Assembly (NCBI GenBank): GCA_024626585.2
Contig: JANKJI020000004.1
Coordinates: 14,403,180-14,424,041, forward strand
Direction of reading: 5' to 3'
DNA length: 20,862 bases
From: Ginkgo biloba
Lineage: Eukaryota; Plantae; Ginkgophyta
The notes beneath the pieces were generated by a model that was not told the DNA's origin, made no database searches, and was given only the letters and a program-made list of their open reading frames with translations. Below are positions 1 to 12,003 of the stretch, piece by piece. The position numbers were made by a program, and so were the translations under genes. Positions within the stretch are counted from its first letter, which is position 1. Each line of letters starts with the position of its first letter.

Positions 1-1745
1 TCTCATGCAACTCAATTTTATTCTAAATGCACCGCATGGTCCATGTATCATAGTGCTTAGAATTATTGCAAATGCTCTCAGATGCATGTTCAGGTCAGGG
101 AGTTCTACTAGATGATCTAGTTATAATCTTCAATGCACCTTGGTTTGTTTTCATTAGCTAGTACCAACAGTATGTGCACATGGGGTAATCCACACTTTTG
201 GAAATCAACAGCATAAGCATATCCAATTACACGCCCCAAGATATGCTGCTTCATTAAATCATTCATCAACTCTTTGAGCTTCATGTTGAAAAATTCAGTC
301 ACTAAATTAGGTCAATCTGAAGGCGATTGGAATGTCAATATCTCAAAAATAATTTATGGCCATTGTGGGTTGCATGTAAATGTAATGAACAAATCAGGCT
401 TATACATTGCCCTTACTATCGCCATTGCATCCTGATATCTCTCATGCATATTACACAGTCATCCGATGAATGATGATGGAAGAATAACATGACTTCCAAT
501 GTCAGATGTTGTTGTAATATCATTAGAATATGTTGCATCAACCAACCCATTATATAACTCCGTTCTCAAAGACTTCTGATGTGTACGAATATATTCCAAT
601 CGCTCAAGCTCTACTTTTGCATACATATCAACTATGTATTAAAGCCACAACCTTCCATAATAATATATATATACTTCGTCTTTGACCTGGAACATGTATG
701 AGTAGGATTGCATTGTGGTAACTTAGTTTGAATGATTTGCCTATGTCACAATGAGAGATCATATAAACAAAATATAAGAATTCAACTTTGATTAGACTAT
801 ACCATGCCACAACAACTGCAAATGAAAGTTATAATACATTTAATAATAGTAACAAACCTCTATATTTGTACGCCATCCCATCTCCCCATGAGGGAATAAT
901 GATACATAATGCAGAGGATCATATGCAGTAGACAAATGGATGACATATTTTATGCTTCCATTATGCCCCACCTCTATCACAATAGATCTTTGGTCTATTG
1001 GTTCATTTTTCTTTCCCACTCCATCAATAATCAATGCCACCTCTGGGACCAAAGGAGCATCATATCATTTGGAAAAATATGTCGGTGGGTCATAAATATG
1101 AAGTTTTACTTCTAATAATTGCTCATGTCCTAAGCATTTGGATATGATTTGAAATACTTTAGAGAATGGATTAGCTACATGAATCATGTTTTGTAAAGTA
1201 CGCAATACAACAACATCAAGTCCATCAAAGATATTCTATCTCCATTGAAGTTGTGTCTCTAGATCATAAATGTAGATCTGTGAAAATTTAGATTTTACTC
1301 CAGCAACATTTTCTATAGGCCCAATTTGATGGTATATCATCCCATCAATCCTAAAAGTGTACACTCCTCTTATTGCATTTACCAACACAGTATCAACATT
1401 TGCCACCATAAAGGAAAAATCCAACACAGAGTTGTATACTCTTAATTTCATTTTAAACTTATACGATTGTTTATTGCTACTAGTCAAAAGTTTAATTAGC
1501 GACAAAGGGGGCATAACCAAACATGGAAGTTTAACATCCCCATCTGGGAAAAAAATTAAAAATCTAGGAAAATCCAAACTACCACCAATAGGATCAACAT
1601 GCCACATTTTTGCACCATAATATTGGCATATTGCATTCATGCATGAAAAGACATGGTGGGCAAAGTTTGACAATGTTTGGGCCATGAACATCACCCTCTT
1701 CGAAGATAATGTTTCACGTAATTCGTAGTGTTGTTGCTTAAACAT
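1..1745 (-). pseudogene. Helitron RepHel (Rep/helicase) N-terminal and HUH Rep domain, with stops and frameshifts
   Basis: Minus-strand translation gives the conserved RepHel blocks in order: LRVYNSVLDF, GVYTFRIDGMIYHQIG, FSQIYIYD, AYDPLHYVSLFPHGEMGW, YIVDMYAKVELERLEYIRTHQKSLRTELYNGL, VILPSSFIG*, YQDAMAIVRAMYKPDLFITFTCNPQWP* (Rep motif 1), DFQKCGLPHVHIL (motif 2, HUH) and MIHGPCG. There are several in-frame stops. The true N-terminus may extend a little beyond 1745. Confidence 0.95.
741..857 (-). other. Putative GT-AG phase-0 intron in the Helitron RepHel gene (117 bp)
   Basis: Donor GAG|GTTTGT at 857 and acceptor CATAG|GCA at 741, with an AT-rich interior that has an in-frame stop. Removing it joins ...GWRTNIE to ANHSN*VTTMQSYSYMFQV...GRLWL*YIVDMY in frame. 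Confidence 0.7.
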
Positions 1746-2920
1746 TGCACCTCCTTCCCCTTTCTTGCTCCCTTCTTAACCATTCTCCCCCAATTTTCTC
1801 GATTCATCACATATGACTCTACTCATGATTTCTTATAAGATGCTCCTCCCTACCTTCCAATTGTTCATGTCTTTATCTTCCACAATGACGATCTCCACTT
1901 ACACTCATGTCAGAAAATATGTATCTTTCAACTTTGCTCTTGCCCCTATTCAACACTATATCCTGTCTTATGTTATGTTTAAACAATTTGTATCAAATCA
2001 CCCCAACAACCACACACCTTTTGCATCAAATTATCTGTCACTATTTGACAAGTAGAAAGAATATCACAAAGATAATTTTTATAATCAACCACCATAGCAA
2101 CTTTATAAATTCAAAAGTGAATTCAATAACATGATTTCTACTATCGATGTTTAACATACCTTAAAGACATTTTTTTGTTTTCCACTTCTAATTCATAAAA
2201 TGATCTTTTACATCCTAAACATCCATATATGTCGAACAATTTTCATCCATCTATAAGACCATAAACAAACAATTTTATCTTTCAACTGTCAAAGTTCTTT
2301 AAGAGAAATTGCCATGGTTTGGTATGTTTGAGAATTCTTCTAAATTCACCATTCATTCATTCATTCATGCACTAATAAACAAATATGTTATTATAGTGAA
2401 TTATATGGCTATAGGTACATATGTTACACTAATAAAAGGATTAAAAATATATAGGATTAGATGTCAAATAAAAAAATTAAACAAATGAATGTTTGCGCCA
2501 CACAACATTATACCTTTCTTCATATGAATAGAGAGTTCGTGAGTGAAATATTTTAGTAGCATATAGATAGATAGATAGACAGATTATTATTGATTAATTT
2601 ATTTAATGATTATCTCGTGGGTTTTATGTCTACATTTATTAGATCATGCTACATAGGAGAGAGGATCAAATGAAATATAATTTATACATATGACATGGTC
2701 TTTTAATCTTCAATAGTGAGTGGAAGAGGCATTATAGATTTTTTCTTTTTTTTTGCATAATTATAATTTTTTAATAACTTGTGATAGTCTTTTATTGCTA
2801 TTTTATTTTTTTATCTAAGGCCATTACATATTAATAAGGGTACCATTAAGTTCTTCCATTGCTAACAGTATAATGAATTTCATCCTTCCTATATTATGGC
2901 TTAAAATTACACAATAAAGT

Positions 2921-3085
2921 GAGAAAGAAATTAATGTGCATACAAAAGAAAAACATGCAATGACATTTATAACAAAAAAAAAGAATCCATAAATTTTCAT
3001 TTAATGTTTCAAAACAAAGCGAGAATGAAATTTATGTGCATACAAGAAAACATGTAATGATAATTTAAAAAAAAAACAATCCACA
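2921..3085. repeat. Degenerate direct repeat, period about 100 bp, about 1.6 copies
   Basis: gagaaagaaattaatgtgcatacaaaagaaaacatgcaatga at 2921 versus gagaatgaaatttatgtgcatacaagaaaacatgtaatga at 3021; each is followed by an A-run and aatcca. Confidence 0.8.
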
Positions 3086-3439
3086 ACATACCTCAATGTG
3101 ATGTCAATGGTTCAAGATGGCAGTAGAGTTTTTGATCATTTTTTAAATTCTACTATCTCCTATCTTCCTTCTATAACTACATCATGCTACTTCCAATTCT
3201 TTTTGTCTGCAAATATTATTTTTTAAAGTGTAAAATACTGAAGTACAACATTCGACAGTATCTATTATGCACGAAATTAATGAAAAACTAGATAATTTTG
3301 AAGATTTATAAAGTGAAGAAACTAATGATAAAATGGAGTACCTACAACTCATCATTATTCCTTCGCTCAGATGGAACTATATTGTACTCATATATATAAA
3401 TTTGTCTCCTCCTATTCTTAATATTCTTAACGTGTATTT

Positions 3440-3689
3440 CCCTTCAAGTATCCCTACACTCTATGGAAGAAAGTATAGATACCTCAAAGAAACTATCCCT
3501 TTGTTATGCAACTAAAAGATGTCACCATATTGGAAAAATAAAACTTACTACCCTTCAAGTATCCTTGCACTCTGTGGAAGAAAATATAGATGCCTGATAC
3601 AAACTATCCTTGCGTTATCCAACTAAAAGATGTCGCCATCTTAGTAGAAGGAAACTTAGCACCCTTTTAAGTATCCTTGCACTCTATGG
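3440..3689. repeat. Tandem repeat, 111-bp unit, about 2.25 copies
   Basis: Units start with ccctt(c/tt)aagtatcc at 3440, 3551 and 3662; the two full units share aaactatcc and caactaaaagatgtc. Confidence 0.9.
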
Positions 3690-3701
3690 GCCATATGTTA
3701 A

Positions 3702-3851
3702 TATCTTATAGGGATTATAATCCTTAGGAAATTGAATTTGATCCATAATTATTTCTTAGGGAGTATTCCTACTATGTTTGGCAACATGACATCCATGAGG
3801 TTTTTGGACTTTTTAAATAGTTTGTTATCTAGATCAATAACTTATTAACTT
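3702..3851 (+). pseudogene. Plant LRR receptor-like kinase/protein ectodomain fragment 1
   Basis: The frame from 3711 reads GIIILRKLNLIHNYFLGSIPTMFGNMTSMRFLDFLNSLLSRSITY*L. This is two consecutive plant-type extracellular LRRs (LxxLxLxxNxLsGxIPxxxgxL), bounded by stops. It is not in the ORF track. Confidence 0.8.
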
Positions 3852-4724
3852 GAGAATTTTATTCAACACTTATCATGGTATGAACTTAGAGTTTGAATTT
3901 AAAGTGTTGGGCTTATGAACTATGACCATATTATGCAGGACTTGAAGGGATTGGTATGCTAGGTGGGCCCCCATCATTCAACAAGAGTATCATTACTCAA
4001 TGATGCCACCCTCATACACAAATTATGCACATGAACAATCAATAGAAAGAATTATAGCTAAGGAAAATACTCTATGAGCAATGATAGTTTTGAATGATGG
4101 AGAGAATTATAATCTTTGTAGAAAAGGTGAAAAGAACAAAAGACTCGGAGATTTAGAAAAGGAAGAATGGTCTTTATATTGTTATTTGAGGTAAGATCTT
4201 TTTCTAGGAAGATCTTACATTCCAAGGGCATATAAAGTTGAGGAGGGAAGTGGAAAAAATGCACATAGCAAGGAGAGATGGAAGACATGCAATAATGTAA
4301 GATTGAAAAGTCTTCATAGAAGACTTTTGAAAGAAAAATTAACAAGGGAAAATATGTAGTAGTAGATAGGAAAAGTAAAGATTTAGAGGCTCGTATTTTA
4401 GAGCCCAAAACGTAAGTACTAAACTCACAACTCTTGTAAAACTTTGATACTTGTTTTGGTCTATGGACATTAAATAATACACCATTTTATTTCATTTCAA
4501 ACTTCATCTATTAGGGATCCCATATCTAACATACATGTATCATCCTCTTATTGATCTTTAGAATCAATCATATCCACCTACGCGGGTTCAAAGAATCGAT
4601 TCTTCATGTTAGTGATTACATGGAATTGATTCTCCCCATTGAACCTTTGGTCGTAGTGCAATCGATGCTCATCTCTAACCTAGTGATGAATTCCTTCTAT
4701 CATTATTATTTCATTTTCATTCTT

Positions 4725-4917
4725 TTTAGTATGTGGGGTATTGGTAAGCTCGTTTGCTTCGACGCGAGAGGTGCGGGCTCAAATCTGGCCTACCCCTATT
4801 CCCACAGCCCGGGCAAGTGCCCCCCCACTATCCAGACATGGTAAATTGGGGAAATGGAACCTCAGTCCGGTGGATATCAACCCAAAGCCATGACCATTGC
4901 GCCAAACCCTCGGGGGC
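4725..4917 (-). mobile_element. tRNA-derived SINE (193 bp) with a 15-bp target-site duplication
   Basis: Perfect flanking direct repeat ttcattttcattctt at 4710-4724 and 4918-4932. The minus strand starts GCCCCCGAGGGTT, with box A TGGCGCAATGG (4904-4894) and a box B-like GGTTCCATTTCC (4861-4850) 32 nt apart. It ends in a short A tail and is GC/CpG-rich against an AT-rich background. Confidence 0.85.
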
Positions 4918-5500
4918 TTCATTTTCATTCTTATACGCCATCATATCTGAAGATCAATTACGTCACCACATCATGTTCATATAGAGCATCCAACTCAGGC
5001 ATCCTATCACCACACAATTAAATCAAATGTCTATTCGTTCCACCAATGAATGGGACAAACATCTATTTATATAAATTTGTGGCCGGGAGAGTGAATGCTA
5101 AAAATACAAGTATTAATAATGTTGAAAATAGGGTGGCAATTTTGTTCCTTATATCTTAGAGACCAAATGATCAATCAAAACTAGAACAACAATTAATGAC
5201 CAATGAAAATCAAACAAAGGTTGCATAGAACCTCACCAAACAAAGCTTGAATCCTTTTGCAGATTTATTTTTAACTATTTAGGCTTTCTACAACCATGTG
5301 AACCCTCTTTAATGTTTTGGGCGTAGTCTTAGCCTTTTGTAACCTCAAAAAATCACTTCTACATCTCACGGATGTTGGGCGAGACTCTTAGTTGTAGGTG
5401 NNNNNNNNNNNNNNNNNNNNNNNNNNNNNNNNNNNNNNNNNNNNNNNNNNNNNNNNNNNNNNNNNNNNNNNNNNNNNNNNNNNNNNNNNNNNNNNNNNNN

Positions 5501-5631
5501 AATTTGTTATCTAGATCAATACCTTATTAACTATTTGAGACATGCAAGTATTTGAGATTTATATTAGTGGAAGGCAACCTATTGGATGGTCCCATTCCTC
5601 AAGCATTGATTAATGCACTTCCTTAAAATTT
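5501..5631 (+). pseudogene. Plant LRR receptor-like kinase/protein ectodomain fragment 2
   Basis: From 5501: NLLSRSIPY*LFETCKYLRFILVEGNLLDGPIPQALIN, then (C)TSLKF after a 1-bp frameshift. It continues fragment 1 and overlaps it by about 30 bp. The left end is hidden by a gap. Confidence 0.8.
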
Positions 5632-8600
5632 GGTAGAGATATATCCTCTCTATGAAATCCCTAGGTGTCGTAGACCCAAAATTTAGTTAAAAGTAGTTAG
5701 GAAAAGTAGCATTTGAAGTGATAAAATACTTATCTAGAATCTTCAATTTTAGATTTTTAGGCATTTGGGATCTCAGTGGATGCTAAATGATTAAAAATTG
5801 ATGAAAAACCAAATGCAAGTCCATTTTTAGTCGACAAAATGGAAGAGACCATTAAGGTTCTAGGATTTGGAGGTTCAGATGGTAAAAAAATGTCATCCCT
5901 ATCAATTCTAAAGACCTCAATGAGTTATAAGCACTAGTGAAAGAGAGAAGGTGCATTTGGGTTTTGAGTAAAGGTAGCGCTTTAGATTCCATGAGTTTAG
6001 AATGATATGAATAAATACCACCTCATATTTTCCCCATAGAATCAAAAGGAAAATAGTGACCAGTTGATTAGAAAAATAGGTCTAAATTCCAACAAATATA
6101 GTATTCATAGTTTATGACTCTAACAAATTTGGTCACCAAATATATAAGAGAAGTAACAAAGTAAGAAAATTTCTTGAATAGTTTGAAATCCTTAGGTTGA
6201 ATTTGACACATGTTGTTGGTAGATTTGAATATATGAAAAACATCAAAACTTAAGATTCAAGTAAAGAATAATGAATATTATAGTCTTTTCATCTAACATT
6301 GATTTGAGTGTTGACATTCATAACCCTATTCAAAGGAGGTGTTATATTATTGGCATACAAGTATCACTTTCAAAATTATTTCCTATCTTTATTAAGGAAA
6401 TCCAAATATATATATCTATAGGGAGTCTATAATTTATATGAAAAAAAATATGTGCGCTTGAGCCCAAGGAGGAAAATTCATGATTCAAAGAAAGAATTTT
6501 CTCAAAGCAAGAAATAGTTGAAGAGGTGACTTTTACTAGTTAGTTTTTATTTATGGATAATTGTTCTAATGGTCTAAGAAGAGAGACAAGATAAAATAAG
6601 TGGAGAGAAAAATAAAAAGGGTTCCACCCAACTCTATTGGTGAGAAAATTATCATGTGTCCCATCCTTTATGTATTCATGTACCTTGTGTTTTCTTACTT
6701 ACAGTCAACTTATCCTTGATGTGTATATTTTCTTTCCTCATAAATTTTGATCAGGAAGGTCACCTTAGAGACCCTTTATGAACCTAAAAGTATTCTTCCA
6801 TTATGGTTGTATTATAATTTAACCTATATAGGATAGCACTTTTGTAATATTTTCCTTCATATTAATTTAACTCGAGGCAATAGGTATCAATGAAAATAGT
6901 TTTATAAATGTATTTTCTTTCTTAGTGATAATGTGATGAATGTGTATGCTTATATTTCATGCATTATGGGTATTTGATTGTGAATCCATATTGTCCATTT
7001 CATTAAATAAATTCCAATCAAATTCTCAAGTGAGTATTGCTACTATAAAGCTTAGATTGGAGTTTATATTAGTGTATATTTATTATGATTATATGTCACG
7101 TGTTGTTAGCATATGATAATGATAAATTGCCTAAATTTGCAACAATATGATCATACATGTAAAATGTCTTATTTCCTTTCTTGTGTTTACATTGAAAATT
7201 ATTAATTATAAAGAATTGATATACTATTTGGGACCAAATCACTTTAGCACCAAGAATATAACCTTTTGGTTGTCTTCTTTGAGTGCTCCTAGAGTTTGTT
7301 ATCTAAAGGATTTTTTAGCTCTCAAGAAAATATATCTTCACTTTTATGTACTCTTAAAGCATTGTTGGAGAGCTATGAAGTAAAGCTAGTGATATATTTT
7401 TTTACTCAGACAATCAAGAACTGTTGGTGATCTCGGATTAGGGTGACATGGTTCATTGTCCCTTAAAGGCTTGAAGTGCTTGAAATACCTCCCTTATATC
7501 ACTAAGAGAATACTTAAGAGGGTGTTCATAGTTAAATGATCTTCAAGTATTTCTTTTTCTCATTTTTATTCTCTTTGTGACTACATCCTACTCTGTTGTT
7601 AGTGTCTGAACATTTAATATTCTATCTAGGGGTATTGATAACAAATTATTTTACCATTTGTATTTCCCTTAAATGATTTGTTATATTATTTCTCTTTCCA
7701 CTGAAGTAAAATAGAAATAAATGTGAAACAATTTTGAATACCCACTATAGATACCATCCCTATTTGTATATTCTTAATATTTTATAATGAGAGGGATACC
7801 CTTCATTATAGAAGATGAAGTTAATATTCCCCTCTATTATCATATTTGTGATTCCATTCCCCTTGGCATATGATCATACTAATTTTCATCACTAGTACAC
7901 AAATTCCTAGCAACAACTACTTTCTTCTATACTAGTATATTTATTTATTTTTAATTAGTTATTTCCTACTATTTTAATATAGGGATAAATGAATGACGAT
8001 GACACAAAATAGGAATAAGAAAACTCATGGATAAAATTTAGAAACCCATCAAATGTTATAATTTTATCTACGATTCAACTACTATTTAATAAACATATTA
8101 TCATGTGTTGAGTCTAGTACATGCCTTCATATGCATCTATCTTGTACTTAATTATGGTGGTTGTGTTTACAATAGATGGAAATATACTAGCAAATACTTC
8201 CTTATTAATTAATCACATGAGCCATGCCCCATGGAAAGATGATCCATCCATTTAAATATGGTATATTTCAAAATGTATATCCAATATTTCATCAAACATA
8301 AAAAATATTTTATTTTCCTTCCACCTACTATTTAAAAATTCTATGTTAACTAAGGTTTATTCATGATTGAAGAGTTATTATTTATGGAATTTGATGTCTC
8401 TACACTTCTTTATTATGAAAATAGATGTTTAAATTCTAGGGATTTGGTAGCTACTATTATTCATGCGTTTTGACAAATTTTAGAAATTAGAAGCTACAAT
8501 ATTATAGATTGATTTTTAGAATTTAAAAGGAATGTTTTCTATTTGAAAATGTATATTATGTCTTAATAATGGTAAGGTAATAGTGTCCAAATGATTCACT

Positions 8601-11600
8601 AAGGATATTGACGATAGAAATCAAATTTATGAGTTTATATTCAGTATAGAATACATTAAAGAGATATGAAAGGTATATATTTGTTGCCTAAATTCCTTTA
8701 TGATTCATAGAATATTATGTTATTTGTAAAATATGAGGAAGGTTGAATGAGTTAATGAAAGAAGAAGAAATAGTTATTTGGATATGAAGTAGAACTCTTA
8801 CAAAATTATTTTAGTTTTATATGGATAGTATAAGTCCATCTCTTGATATATTATATTTTAATTCGATATTAAATTATATTACTATTATCCATCAAATTTT
8901 TATGCTCGATATATTAAGAAATGGGCACAAGTCACTTTAGTATTTATACAAGTCACTTTAATATCTATTCTTTGAGTAGTCTCTACTCAAAAAATATTTA
9001 ANNNNNNNNNNNNNNNNNNNNNNNNNNNNNNNNNNNNNNNNNNNNNNNNNNNNNNNNNNNNNNNNNNNNNNNNNNNNNNNNNNNNNNNNNNNNNNNNNNN
9101 NTAAGATTTAATAACTTTACATGTTTTACTAACGTCTTTTTGCCATTTGTGGATCCATTCTTTATATTTTTATATCTATGTATATATATACCGATATAGA
9201 TATATATAGATATATTATATCAAAATATGTATAATAATTATTTAATTAGTTATGATAGAGGGTTTAGACTTTGAACACTTTATCATACCAATCTTTAATA
9301 ATAGGGAATTGTATGGGCCCACCAATATGGACCCCATAATTCCTTTTTTCACTAATTGAATTCATTTCTATCACTTAGCTATGGAATTAAAATAGCTCAC
9401 AATGTATTTCCTTGTGAGTAATAAGAAGAATTATTAAAAATATATAAAAGTGCACTTAAATATAATCCACTGCATGCGACATTCTACATTGCTCTTTGAC
9501 CAAAATTTTTCCTTATATTTTCTATCACTTTGAGATGAAATTATTTTTTGTCATTAAGCCACAATGTCCTATTACTGAGCGATAAATTATTATTGTAAAG
9601 AAACAAACCCATCAGGACAAAAACAATGATGGATGTAAGTGATAGATAATTTATATCATGATTTTATCCTTTCTCTATTAGTATATTGTAGTATAAATTT
9701 GGAGTATCTTAGATCAAAATCATAAAAGGAGAGATCGCCTACGACTATTGAGATAAAATTTTGGTAGGATAGGGTCAATCATACAATAATAATAATTAAC
9801 AACACCTTTCATGCAATTATTTCACCATAATTAATAAAATAAGCCACCTAACCTTATCTATATATAGGTCTTCAATGGTTCCAGGAGTTTTCGATATGTT
9901 TTACAAGCTTGATTATCCTTCTACACAGTTCACAAGATCTAATTTCACCTTCCCCAACCCTTCATGTATATATAAATTCTATAGAGTCTTTAGGAATCTT
10001 GATTCTACTAAATTACTCCATAGATTTGCAGTATGACAAATTAGCTCACAATTATGTAGAATTACTCTATGCTCAAATTTGTTATACTACAGATTCATGC
10101 GCATTTCTGAAGTGTTTCTTTACAATCACTCATAAATCCACTATGGAGGCCTTTTTAGTTGAAATAAAATAATAAAATCAGAAAACTAAGCAATTAACAT
10201 TCTTCTTGGAATTCTTGGTTTGCTTCCAACCATTTGGGTTTCAGAAATCCTAACCCTTGCATCTTCCATAATGTCAATGATGAGATTCAAGAGATTCAAG
10301 AGATTTTTCTTTTTATTGATTAGGACCATTTAGACCATCTTATTCTCCCCTACACTTTATATTGGCGAAATGCATTTTTTGTTGAGGGGTAGTGTGGGTT
10401 AAAGTTTCCCTAAAACATATTCTTAAAGTTTAGTTATGCCTTTTTTGGGTGGATTGAAAGCCCTTATACTAGCATATGAATTCATTAAGAGTAACACCCT
10501 CATCCAAGATTTTTGATGCCATTGGGATATCTTAGGTTTGTTGTGTCATAGATTCTCGAGGCTACTTTATGGGAGACTCAACTATGGCCTCATGTTCTTT
10601 GTTTCTTTAGCATCTTTATTACTCTTATGATTTGCCTCTTTGGATACACAGAAATAAGGAATACCACGCACATATTTTGCCACCTTTACATTCACTCATT
10701 GTTTAGTGGGTTTTTGATTGGCACCATAGAATGTTTTGTCTTGGTGGCTTCACATTCCTTTTTCCTCAAGCNNNNNNNNNNNNNNNNNNNNNNNNNNNNN
10801 NNNNNNNNNNNNNNNNNNNNNNNNNNNNNNNNNNNNNNNNNNNNNNNNNNNNNNNNNNNNNNNNNNNNNNNATTATAAATTTTAACAATAATTTATAATT
10901 ATTTTTTACTTATATTGATGTGATTATAAGATATAAAAAAAAAAATAGTTTTTATTTTAATTTTTAAATATACATGACTAGTTAACTAATAGTAATCTTT
11001 ACATTAAATTTATGGGTGTATGACTTAACCTATATATTTTGTCTCTTAATTTTTAATAAAATAATTTAAAAATAAAATAAGTATAGAACAAAAAAATATG
11101 AGCACATTTATGAAGTGATAAGAACAAAATGATAAAAAATCTAGCTAACATTATTAACATTTAGTAAGGTAAACAATGCCACTACTTGAGGGGTATATTC
11201 TACAGAGAAATTCAACACACCTTTATTTTTTATATTTCTATAACATGATTTGGAGAAAACAATAATATTTGTTTTTGAAAATAAAAGATTTAGAAATCCT
11301 TTGATAAGTAGAAATTTTCATCTTTTAACATCGAGTTTAAATTCTTAAAGGAACTATGACTGATATACCATTGAAGGGATAAAAGCACCATTTTTCAATG
11401 AAATGCCTCTATAAAATATAAAAGGAAAAGTTGTCAAGCGATCTTGTTAACATCCATACCTTAGTAGGTATTAGGTTGTATCTTTCTCTAATACCAATTA
11501 TAACATTCTAAATGGGATAGTTACAAAATAATTCAGAGAACTAATAATCATAAATAAAAGTAAAATATATAATTCCAAAAAATTGATCAAGTATTAGTAA

Positions 11601-11916
11601 TAATCCCCAAAAAAAATTCTTGTAGTGATCAATTATAAAATAAATTTCATTGTTATTTATTAGATCAAGAGAAGAGTGAGCAGAAGATAAATGGGTGTCG
11701 AAGAACCTACTACCCATAAGAATGTTTATAAGGGGCATCTACTTACCATGATGGTCTTCAACTTATTGAATTCAAAGAAGAAATGTTGTATTATGATATG
11801 ATCAAATAGAATGAGAGAATGATCTCCATTTATCCCTCAAACTTGAGTGCCAAATTTTGGCTACATGCAGGTTAATTGGGGTGATGTTTTGTTAACTAAT
11901 TTCTCCTTAAGCTAAA

Positions 11917-12003
11917 TGTTAGAATATTAATGAAAATTCTAAAGCTTTTAGAGTTATCCACAAGAGTATCTAGATTATTGTGTTACCCTCAATTATGTTG
12001 GGT
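11917..12003 (+). repeat. 5' LTR (visible part; the rest is in the N gap)
   Basis: Matches 13616-13702 and starts with TG. Confidence 0.85.

Larger units (their letters stand above)
1..2583 (-). mobile_element. Helitron (rolling-circle transposon), 5' portion; continues beyond the left edge
   Basis: Contains a Rep/helicase pseudogene. The minus strand at 2584-2550 reads A|TCTGTCTATCTATCTATCTATATGCTACTAAAA: a TC start after a host A with a TCTA-rich leader, as expected for a plant Helitron 5' terminus. The family call is strong; the exact boundary is inferred. Confidence 0.8.

Noticed and set aside
909-2134. Plus-strand ORFs 909-1115, 1357-1620, 1813-2055 and 1907-2134
   Set aside because: They lie antisense to the Helitron RepHel remnant or its upstream region and have no recognisable motifs.
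4728-4796. A functional tRNA gene on the plus strand
   Set aside because: The acceptor stem and T-arm pairing are broken, the anticodon loop is irregular, and it lies within a TSD-bounded SINE.
4551-4984. ORFs 4551-4844 and 4754-4984
   Set aside because: Their length is explained by the GC-rich SINE lacking stops; no protein motif.
3852-5400. LTR-like composition (purine-rich then pyrimidine-rich), TGAGA start
   Set aside because: No matching terminus with a TSD, PBS or PPT could be found; the right end is in a gap. Probably TE-derived but unclassifiable.
5666-7452. Possible large LTR, TGTCGTAGACCC...GGGTGACA followed by TGGT
   Set aside because: The termini match only weakly, the PBS is unconvincing, and there is no TSD or second copy.
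10330-10770. Possible LINE RT remnant (NAFFVEG, FLKFSYAFFGWIE, IHSLFS)
   Set aside because: Too degenerate to separate from chance by eye.
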